Positions 56,590 through 64,000 of a stretch of 64,000 nt of DNA are shown one piece after another; the stretch's first letter is position 1; each line of letters opens with the position of its first letter. The stretch covers positions 192,001-256,000 of the forward strand of contig CAVPBK010000005.1 in the NCBI GenBank assembly GCA_963701855.1. The letters are read 5' to 3'. The notes under the pieces are model-generated. The model did not search any database and was not told where the DNA came from. It saw only the letters and a list, made by a program, of their open reading frames with translations. The translations under genes were made by a program, and so were the position numbers. Source of the DNA: Nitrospirota bacterium (lineage in GTDB: Bacteria; Nitrospirota; Nitrospiria; Nitrospirales; Nitrospiraceae).

Positions 56590-57918
56590 ATGGAGAGACA
56601 ACAATTACAAGATGCACGCACTCGGATCCCTTATCGAATCGGATTTGTCTTGCTGGGACTCCTTGGTTCAGCGGCCTTATATGCTGAAGGAGTCCTGAAA
56701 AGTGGTTGGCTAGAAGTACTTCTGTTGATCCCTCCTCTGTGGGTCATGGTCTCACGTTCTTTTGGGCTCCGCCAAAAAGGTACGATGGTGGCCATGTTCA
56801 TGACCTGCATTGCATTGGTGGTGTGCGATCTTGCAGGGAGGACGTTTGCCGATTCCTACTTGCATTTCAACCCCGCAAATATGTTTTCTCGCAAGCTTCC
56901 AAACCTTTCGATCCTTGGACGTTGGGATACAAACGTCAACTATAGAGGCCAGGCGTATGGAGATCTAGCGGCAATGAAAGGCGAAAAGGAGTGGCGAGAG
57001 ATCAGGGAGGTGGTGTTTCAAACCGATCATCTGGGGTTCCGGAACGATCAAGTACATGAGCCTATCGATCTGATCGTCCTGGGCGATTCATTTACTGCCG
57101 GAACTGGCACCAGCCAAGACAAGATCTTCTCGCGAGTACTGGAGAGTTCGTATGGACGGTCCGTCTATAACATGGGGTACCCCGGAGGTCCATATGACGA
57201 GTACCTGAACTTTGCCATTGAATCGCCGAAGCTCGCGGTACGCCCTCAGGCTGAGGTCATTTGGGTATTTTATGAGGGAAATGATCTTGATGATCCAGGC
57301 GGAGAGACGTGGGATCTCTCTTCCCTTCCTTGGAACAGCGGCGTTGGCGCAACGCTCGTACGATATCGTACGTTTCGCAATCGGTCGCCGATCAATCAGA
57401 TTATGGAAGGAATGAGGAAGAGGTTGTGGGGTAAGACCGATGATGTGATCGTGAGGACACTTCCCGATGGTCGTCCATTTCTTTTTGCCGGCTGGCAAGA
57501 GTTGTGGGGCACTCGTTCGCAAAGCGAGATCGAAGCACATCCGAACTTTACGCGCTTGGATACCACCATGAAGGCGATGCAGCGTCTGGCAATTGAGCGA
57601 AATGTCCGTGTGTCCGTACTGATTGTGCCGACAAAGGGCGAGGTCTATCGTTGGGTTTTGGACCAACGTCCGGCGATGCCAGCAGATGCGCTATCTTCAG
57701 GCTTCGCACTCGCGGTGCTTGAAGAATGCCATCGAATTCAACTTCGGTGTTTCGACATCAAGGGATTTCTTGCAGCTGAAGCTATCCGTCTGTATCGGTC
57801 TTCGGAAGAAGTGCTCTGGTGGCGAGACGATACGCATCTGAGCGATCGTGGGCACGAAGCGGTGGCCGAGTTTATTGCCCATGAAATTCTTATGGCTGAA
57901 TCACGCCGAGCGCAGTAA
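56590..57918 (+). CDS. Membrane-anchored SGNH/AlgJ-like protein (possible polysaccharide O-acyltransferase)
   Basis: Three N-terminal TM helices; LGDSFT, FYEGND, DTHLS..GH. Confidence 0.7.
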   Translation: MERQQLQDARTRIPYRIGFVLLGLLGSAALYAEGVLKSGWLEVLLLIPPLWVMVSRSFGLRQKGTMVAMFMTCIALVVCDLAGRTFADSYLHFNPANMFSRKLPNLSILGRWDTNVNYRGQAYGDLAAMKGEKEWREIREVVFQTDHLGFRNDQVHEPIDLIVLGDSFTAGTGTSQDKIFSRVLESSYGRSVYNMGYPGGPYDEYLNFAIESPKLAVRPQAEVIWVFYEGNDLDDPGGETWDLSSLPWNSGVGATLVRYRTFRNRSPINQIMEGMRKRLWGKTDDVIVRTLPDGRPFLFAGWQELWGTRSQSEIEAHPNFTRLDTTMKAMQRLAIERNVRVSVLIVPTKGEVYRWVLDQRPAMPADALSSGFALAVLEECHRIQLRCFDIKGFLAAEAIRLYRSSEEVLWWRDDTHLSDRGHEAVAEFIAHEILMAESRRAQ

Positions 57919-58049
57919 ACGGGCACGTGCCCAAACCATGGGTGAGATCCGGAGAAAGTGCCTTTCGATCGGATGAGACCAGTTGGCCACCCTAACCCAT
58001 CGCAATAATGTCTAAGACAGAGAGAGTAATGATGACCTTCCCCCATTTG

Positions 58050-58922
58050 TTACGCCACGGCCAACGAAGTTGACTCCTGTGCTGTTTGGGGCTGGTTGTG
58101 CTGGTGGTTGATGAACTCCATGGGTGTCAGATCCCCGATGGCACTGTGTGTCCGCTCTTCATTGTACTCTCGTCGCCAGGCTTCAATCACGAGCTGCGCT
58201 TCCTGTAGCGTCAGAAACCAGTGTTCATTGAGACATTCATCCCGAAACTTGCCGTTGAAGCTTTCGATAAACGCATTCTGGACGGGTTTTCCCGGCTGAA
58301 TAAAATGCAGATGCACGCCGTGGTGGGCGGCCCAGGCATCCAAGGCCGTCCCGGCGAATTCGGGACCGTTGTCCAGAATCAAGGTCTCCGGCAGCGGGCG
58401 AGTCAGAAACAGTCGATCCAGAATCCGACACACCCGCGCACCGCCGATCGAGACATCGACCTCAATCACCGGCACCTCTTTGGAGCAGGGATCCGTCATC
58501 GTCAAACACTTGAACCGCCGGCTCGTCACGAGCCGGTCATGCACAAAATCCATCGCGTAACAGTGTCCTGGTTGCGTGGGCTTCGGTAAGGTGACTCGTG
58601 GAACCGCCGCTGCTTCCTTCCGTCGCCGCCGAAGCGAGAGCCCTTCGTCGCGATAATACAGCCGTTCGACCTTCTTATGGTTCACAGCCCATCCCTCTCG
58701 GCGCAACCGTACATAAATCCGGGGACACCCATCGCGTCGCTTGCTCTCGGCAATCTCCCGGATCCGTGTCCGCAGAGCCGCATCGTCCTGACGTCAACTG
58801 CGATACCGCAGTGTGTTCCGATCGAGGGCCAGGACGTGGCACACCCGACGCTGACTGAGCCCGACGCGCTCGGCCATCCACTGCGCCGCCGCTCGCTTCG
58901 CCTTGGGCCCTACCAGTTTTTT
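58050..58922 (-). pseudogene. IS3 OrfB transposase with an in-frame TGA
   Basis: [39 protein letters not shown] at 58794-58796 interrupts ..[13 protein letters not shown].. Confidence 0.85.
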
Positions 58923-59176
58923 GTGGTGACCGCTATCAGCGCCTGAATGTCCAGCGCTTGCTCCGCCACCATCTGCGTCAATCGCCGATTTTCGTCTTCC
59001 AGCTGGCGGAGCTTCTTCACGTCGCTGACTTCCAGTCCCGCATACTTGGTCCGCCACTTATAAAACGTGGCGTCCGAGATGCCGTGCTTGCGGCAGAGCT
59101 CTGAGACCCCGATGCCCGCTTGGGCATCCTTGAGCACTGCGATGATCTGTTCCTCCGTGTGCCGTTTCCGTGTCAT
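58910..59176 (-). CDS. IS3 transposase OrfA
   Basis: RKRHTEEQII, CRKHGISDATFYKWR, LEDENRRL; A6C slip site near its end. Confidence 0.9.
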   Translation of the reverse strand: MTRKRHTEEQIIAVLKDAQAGIGVSELCRKHGISDATFYKWRTKYAGLEVSDVKKLRQLEDENRRLTQMVAEQALDIQALIAVTTKNW

Positions 59177-59343
59177 GGGCCCCTCCTATGGGCCCCATCT
59201 CAGCACAGTTGAACTTCCTAGCCAATGGTCTAGTTTCCGGGGGGAAGGTCAATGGCACAATCGCAAATCTTCCCAGCGCAAGAAATGACTATTGGTCAAC
59301 AGTGAGAGCGTCTCCGTCCCTGGCTCCTCGCTGAAAAATTTCC

Positions 59344-59378
59344 TTGACTACGCTAATCGTGCTGTTCATATTGTGAAC
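59344..59378 (+). promoter_or_regulatory. Putative sigma70 promoter with an overlapping palindromic operator
   Basis: TTGACT-17 bp-CATATT; GTTCA-N5-TGAAC (59364-59378) covers the -10 element. Confidence 0.6.
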
Positions 59379-59404
59379 GTCTGCTAAATTTATCCGTTTA
59401 ATTC

Positions 59405-59993
59405 ATGGATTTACAAGGTCAGCGAGACCTTCTTCTCCTCAGCGAACTCGATCGAGATGGCGGGGCCACTCAGCGCACCCTTGCCACTCAAACTTGGTGT
59501 CGCGCTTGGTCTGACCAATCTCTATCTCAAGCGTCTGGCCCGTAAGGGCTGCATCAAGATCACGACCATCCCGCGCAATCGAATCAGGTATCTCCTGACG
59601 CCACAGGGCTTTACGGAAAAGTCACGCTTGACCTATCTCTACATGCAGTATTCCCTCTCGTACTACCGAGACATGCGTACTCGGCTAAAAGAAATGATGG
59701 CGACGTTCGACGGCACTCATGGCCAGCGGGTTGTGATCTACGGGACGACCGAGTTAGCCGAATTGGCCTATCTGTCGCTTCGAGAGATGAATATCGACTG
59801 TGTGGGATTCATTGATGGAAGCTCGCGTGAGTCATTTCTATCTTGCCCGGTTTCTTCGCCGGATGGGATCGCTGGCTGGCAGTTTGATCGGGTGTTGATT
59901 GCGGATCTCGAGCATGCGGCAGCCTGTGAAGAACAGTTGGTGCAGTCGGGAGTGCCACGGGAAAAGGTACTGAGACTCGGCCTGCCTGAATAA
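59405..59993 (+). CDS. MarR-like winged-helix regulator, EPS-associated type (frameshift near 59488)
   Basis: MDLQGQRDLLLLSELDRDGGATQRTLAT, then +1 shift to KLGVALGLTNLYLKRL..YLLTPQGFTEKSRLT. Confidence 0.8.
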
Positions 59994-60081
59994 GGCGTGG
60001 CGCTTCCGCTCGTGGTCGACATTGTGTGTGGTGCGTGCGATGTCGGATCTGTAAGTGAAAGGGCGGAGCTGTGTCCAAAGC

Positions 60082-60180
60082 GGTCTATCTGGTTGATGAG
60101 GTCTGTCTTGTCTATCTTGTGCGGGACCGGATCGATTGATGAGATAGACCTGATAGGACCGAACAGACGAGACAGACCTG
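60082..60180. repeat. 9-bp periodic inverted repeat upstream of the four-helix-bundle gene
   Basis: GGTCTATCT GGTTGATGA GGTCTGTCT TGTCTATCT ... GAGATAGAC CTGATAGGAC CGAACAGAC GAGACAGAC. Confidence 0.8.
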
Positions 60181-60184
60181 TCTT

Positions 60185-60565
60185 ATGAAAGTCAGCCGTT
60201 TTGAAGATTTGGATTGCTGGAAGGAAGCTCGCCAACTTACCCGACAGGTTTATGAAGCAATAGGGCGAAATCCCCTCTGGCAGAAGGATGTTCGGCTATG
60301 CGGGCAGATTCAAGCAGCATCTGTATCGGTGCTGTCGAACGTAGCTGAAGGATTCGTTCGGCATTCCGATAAAGAATTTGTGCAGTTCTTGTTTATAGCC
60401 ATGTCTTCAGCGGCAGAGACTCAGAGTCATGCCTATGTGGCTCTGGATCAAAAATATCTCTCCCAAGAGAGTTTTGATGCCATCTATGCACAAGCTGGGA
60501 AAACAAGTCGAATCATTTCAGGCCTCATTAAGTATCTCCGAAACAAGGCTGGCAAGACCAGATAG
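60185..60565 (+). CDS. Four-helix-bundle protein (TIGR02436 / 23S-IVP / Avd-like), intact
   Basis: RFEDLDCWKEARQL, QIQAASVSVLSNVAEGF, KEFVQFLFIA..SAAE. Confidence 0.9.
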   Translation: MKVSRFEDLDCWKEARQLTRQVYEAIGRNPLWQKDVRLCGQIQAASVSVLSNVAEGFVRHSDKEFVQFLFIAMSSAAETQSHAYVALDQKYLSQESFDAIYAQAGKTSRIISGLIKYLRNKAGKTR

Positions 60566-60595
60566 ACCAGATAGACCAGATGGACCAGACAGACC
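60556..60595 (+). repeat. (GACCAGATA)n tandem repeat spanning the four-helix stop and the UpxY start
   Basis: GACCAGATA GACCAGATA GACCAGATG GACCAGACA GACC. Confidence 0.85.
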
Positions 60596-61087
60596 ATTCA
60601 CTGCGTTGGTATGCGTTACGGACGCGGTCGCGTCACGAAAAGATGGTGCGCGACCAGCTTGCGAATCAAGGCATTGAGCCGTTATTGCCGACGGTCAAGC
60701 GAATGAGTCAATGGAAGGATCGGAAGAAAGAAATCGAAGTTCCGCTCTTTTCAGGATACTGCTTCGTCCGCTTTGCATCGGAGCAAAAGTTGCCGGTGCT
60801 CAAGACGATCGGAGTGGTCGACATTGTGGGCAGCCGGCCATTGCCCGGAGGCGATCCCGGACGAGGAGATTGCGGCGATCAAGACCCTGATGACCAGTGT
60901 GCTGCCCTACGATCCACATCCGTATCTGCACGAAGGCATGCAAGTGGAAGTGGTCCGAGGTCCGTTGCAAGGAGTGCACGGGATTCTCTTGCGCAAAGAA
61001 AAACACCATCGCCTCGTGTTGGGAGTCCGACTCATTCAGCAAGCCGCAGCCGTGGAGATCGATGTGAATGATGTGGTGCCGGTGTGA
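60580..61087 (+). CDS. UpxY/NusG-paralog transcription antiterminator (frameshift near 60835)
   Basis: WYALRTRSRHEK, PLFSGYCFV (NGN domain); after a +1 shift PEAIPDEEI and EGMQVEVVRGPLQG (KOW domain). Confidence 0.85.
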
Positions 61088-61140
61088 TGGGAATGAAGTT
61101 TGGCGGGGAAATTCCTGTATCATGTAGCTAAGAGGCAGGT

Positions 61141-61545
61141 ATGCAGAAGCAAGACGAGAATCTTACACGATCGATCCTGGCCGTCCTCAACACACAGTCT
61201 GGGATCAGACTAGCCATTCTGTTCGGCTCGCTGGCCGCTGGTCGGGAGCAGGCAGACAGCGATGTGGACCTGGCAGTAGACGCCGGTCACCGCCTCACAG
61301 TCGGAGAGAAGCTGGCTCTGGTGACTGAGCTGGCGGAACGGACGGGTCGCCCGGTTGATCTGGTCGATCTCCACGCCGTTGGGGAACCACTTCTAGGCCA
61401 GATCCTCCGGCATGGGAAAAGATTGTTGGGGAGCGAGACGTGCTACGCCGACCTCATCCGCAGACACCTCTTCGATCAGGCGGACTACCTGCCATACCGC
61501 ACAAGAATCCTTGCTGAAAGGAGGCGGGCATGGATCGGGAAGTAA
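61141..61545 (+). CDS. Minimal nucleotidyltransferase (MNT/MntA-type antitoxin)
   Basis: LFGSLAAG...SDVDLAV, RPVDLVDL. Confidence 0.85.
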   Translation: MQKQDENLTRSILAVLNTQSGIRLAILFGSLAAGREQADSDVDLAVDAGHRLTVGEKLALVTELAERTGRPVDLVDLHAVGEPLLGQILRHGKRLLGSETCYADLIRRHLFDQADYLPYRTRILAERRRAWIGK

Positions 61546-61660
61546 TCGAGCAGAAGCTCGAATCCTTGCGTCGCTGTCTTCATCGTGTCGCGGAGAAATG
61601 TCCATCCGATCCGGTCACCCTGGGTCGTGACCTTGATCTTCAGGATATCGTTACCCTACC
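61530..61660 (+). pseudogene. Truncated HEPN (DUF86/HepT) toxin
   Basis: MDREVIEQKLESLRRCL.R...DLQDIVTL, then similarity is lost; no RxxxxH motif. Confidence 0.7.
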
Positions 61661-61899
61661 AAGATGCCGGCTGCTCCGTGTCTTCAACACGAGCCGAAAA
61701 ACAATAGTCATGGCAGCCACAATTTTGTAGACCCGAGACGCGTGCAGCGGCCGCCTGTAACCAACGGCGCCCGTCTGTACACAACACAATTCCGGAAGCA
61801 AAGACATCTTTCCACAGGGTCGCCGCCGCAAACATGCGCCGGGGCTCAATAAGACTCCCGACACCATTTCCTCTCCCTCTCGTCAGAACGGATTCGCGA

Positions 61900-63162
61900 A
61901 TGTCATCTTCCGGTGTCTGTGCGCCATCAATTTTTCATAACCGATTCTGGGCTCTGCAGTCAGCGGGATTAGTGCTTGTCGGTTTCGCGAGCTTGTTCCC
62001 ACCCCTCTACCACCTACAAGAGTATGTCTTTCTAGTACTCATGGCGGCAACTGTCCTCATGAGTCTTGGGCAGAAGACCGCACTGTGGATTCGGACACCT
62101 GTCGATCTCCCTCTGGGGTGTTTTCTTCTGTGGGTACTGTGTACCGTTCCGTTTGCAACGGATGTGTCGTACAGTTTCGCGGAGTGGAGGAAATTCCTCA
62201 CCCATGCACTGGTGTTCTACTGGGCGCTCCTCGTTCTCCATCGCTCAGGCCGTGAGTCCTTGCCGAAATATGTGTTGGTGGCTATCGCAGTCGGTGGAAC
62301 CCTGCTTGCGGGATACGCGCTAGTTGATTTTTTCGCGGCGGGAGGAACATGGAGAGATCGGTTGATTCGTGCACGAGCGATTGGATCCGATTATAATTGG
62401 CTTTCCACCTACATGGTCATTGCCATCCCGGTGCTAGGAGGTTTGTGGATCATATCTTATGCTCCATGGGTGCGGGTCACGCAGGTCCTGGCTCTGGTGC
62501 TGACGGGGTTGGCCCAGATATTTTCCTATACGCGCGCGGGGTGGGTAGCCCATGTTGTGCAAGGAGTTGTTCTGACGGTTGTCACGGGGCAGCGCCGTCT
62601 TGCGTTGGCGGTTCTAGGGGTTGGTACGGTCGCTGGATTAGTTTTGGTTCTGGCATTTTTCGCCGGATTTCAAGGAGACACGGTGAACGCGACAACCGTC
62701 GATAGCAGATTGACGGTATGGCGCATCGGGCTGCGAGAGATTCTTGCCCATCCTGTAGTGGGGATCGGCTATGGGAACGATTCATTTGTGAAGAAGTACC
62801 CTGAATACTCACCCCAGGCACAAAGTCACCTTCCTGTACCTGCTCAAGTCCTTCCTGCCATGCACAGTGCATTTCTCATGGTGTCGCTAGGAAGCGGCCT
62901 ACCTGCTCTCGTATGTTTCGTCTGGATCTTTGTGGCCCTACTGTGGCACTTGCTCTCGATTCGGTCTGCTGCTGGTGACAGCAAAGCATGGTCGCTGCTG
63001 GCAGTGGGAATCGGGATTGCGCTTGTGGGGTTTTCCGTGCGCAATATGTTTGATTACATGTTCACGGGCGGTCTGGCGCATTTATTCTGGCTCTTGGCTG
63101 CGGTGGGAGTGACGATCAAGACCTATAATCGTAATCTTAACGTCAGTGTTGTGGAGCAGTAG
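61900..63162 (+). CDS. O-antigen ligase / Wzy_C family membrane protein
   Basis: Multiple TM helices; SYTRAGW, RLTVW, HPVVGIGYG, MHSAFL. Confidence 0.8.
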   Translation: MSSSGVCAPSIFHNRFWALQSAGLVLVGFASLFPPLYHLQEYVFLVLMAATVLMSLGQKTALWIRTPVDLPLGCFLLWVLCTVPFATDVSYSFAEWRKFLTHALVFYWALLVLHRSGRESLPKYVLVAIAVGGTLLAGYALVDFFAAGGTWRDRLIRARAIGSDYNWLSTYMVIAIPVLGGLWIISYAPWVRVTQVLALVLTGLAQIFSYTRAGWVAHVVQGVVLTVVTGQRRLALAVLGVGTVAGLVLVLAFFAGFQGDTVNATTVDSRLTVWRIGLREILAHPVVGIGYGNDSFVKKYPEYSPQAQSHLPVPAQVLPAMHSAFLMVSLGSGLPALVCFVWIFVALLWHLLSIRSAAGDSKAWSLLAVGIGIALVGFSVRNMFDYMFTGGLAHLFWLLAAVGVTIKTYNRNLNVSVVEQ

Positions 63163-63339
63163 CATTCGACTCGTGCCGTTCTATCGAATTCTTCGGCTCC
63201 CGATATCAGCCGCACAGCGCAGCACATTGAGTTCCGAGGCGCTATCAGGTTCCAGAGAGGAAATTCCTGACACTGGAACTTGATCACGTCAGTGGTGGGT
63301 GACCGGACCATTCGACTCGTGCCGTTCCCTCCTATGGTC

Positions 63340-63495
63340 TTCGTCGAAGGCATGATGGTAAAAGTGAGATGGCCGCTGCAAGGAGTGCATGGGATTCTTT
63401 CCCACGAAGTAAGACTACATCAGCTGATGATCGCGGTAAGGCTGATCCAGCAAGCAGCTGCTGTTCGAATAGATCTGAATGATGTCGTGCAGTTT
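63340..63495 (+). pseudogene. Degenerate second UpxY C-terminal (KOW) fragment
   Basis: EGMMVKVRWPLQGVHGIL...VRLIQQAAAVRIDLNDVV aligns with EGMQVEVVRGPLQGVHGIL...VRLIQQAAAVEIDVNDVV at 60930-61080. Confidence 0.75.
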
Positions 63496-63631
63496 AGTCT
63501 GCGGTCAGTTCCTGGACTGCGATGCTGTGAACGCCTCCTTGAGCACCTCAACATTTTCAATAGTCACAATCTGTGCGAAACGATGCTGATGCAAGAGGCG
63601 GGGTTGAGTATTTAATGATTGGGCATACCGG

Positions 63632-64000
63632 ATGAGTCTCACGCCTGCAAGCTGGTTGCGTTATCTGCCCGCCCCTTTTCGGGTCAGAATCGAGCACCGT
63701 CTCAACCTGCAAAAGATTCTCGTCAATATCGGCTGGCTGTTTGGTGACAAAATTTTGCGAATGGGCGTCGGGTTGTTGGTGGGGGGATGGGTTGCCCGCT
63801 ACCTAGGCCCTGAGCAATTCGGGCTGATGAGCTACGCTATGGCACTATTGTCACCCGGGTTAGTTCAGTGGGCAACCTGGGACTTTATACTATTGTTGTG
63901 CGCGATCTAGCAAGGAACCGGATACTTCAGATGTCATCCTGGGCACTGCTTTCCTATTACAGGTCATTGGCGGCGTTTTTGTTTTTGTTCTTGCCGTGAT
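63632..64000 (+). CDS. wzx: Polysaccharide flippase Wzx (partial, frameshifted near the window end)
   Basis: NIGWLFGDKILRMGVGLLVG.WVARYLGPEQFG; LGLYTIVVRDL and ILGTAF continue in other frames. Confidence 0.8.

Larger units (their letters stand above)
58033..59251 (-). mobile_element. IS3 family insertion sequence (IS407-like), inactivated
   Basis: IRs TGACCTTCCCCC / GGGGGAAGGTCA; OrfA plus OrfB; no clean target duplication. Confidence 0.92.

Noticed and set aside
58025..59258. Target-site duplication for the second IS3
   Set aside because: Flanks ATGA and ATGG do not match exactly, so none is claimed
47175..60565. Diversity-generating retroelement suggested by Avd-like genes
   Set aside because: No reverse transcriptase in the window and no TR/VR pair with adenine-specific mismatches; the 44244/47175 mismatches are not confined to A
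18950..60600. Periodic repeats as a CRISPR array
   Set aside because: Units are 7-9 bp, contiguous and degenerate, with no unique spacers and no cas genes
1..64000. tRNA, rRNA or SRP RNA genes
   Set aside because: No cloverleaf or conserved rRNA/SRP motif recognised by eye; tRNAscan-SE or Infernal would be needed to exclude them

Overview
Bacterial chromosomal window, most likely from a Nitrospira-like organism (Nitrospirota). This is inferred from a Pup-type proteasome operon occurring together with lipid A/LPS genes; no search was run. Gene order: uvrB (5' partial); ffh-rpsP-rimM-trmD-rplS-rnhB-yraN-ftsEX-envC-ctpA; thiS-thiG-thiE; arc-dop-prcB-prcA-pafA (no pup gene at the locus) plus an M23 peptidase; a small accessory patch (MITE, RES-type N-terminal remnant, IS3); HD hydrolase, DUF2062, thiL, lon and galU on the minus strand; a long envelope cluster (bamA, two skp, fabZ, lpxA, lpxI, gnnA-like, lpxB, msbA, DUF374, waaA, lpxK, waaF-gmhB fusion, GT9/GT2/GT4 genes); a second, inactivated IS3; and the start of a polysaccharide locus (MarR-type regulator, four-helix-bundle gene, UpxY/NusG paralog, MNT-HEPN, O-antigen ligase-like gene, flippase). 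The most unusual signal is a set of degenerate 7-bp and 9-bp periodic tandem repeats arranged as inverted arms. They sit on stop/start junctions, twice lie in frame inside enzymes, and bracket the two four-helix-bundle (Avd-like) genes. An internally deleted copy of one such cassette suggests an unrecognised operon-junction mobile or RNA-based element. Several MITE-like families also occur. Frameshifts cluster after about 59 kb and may be sequencing errors.
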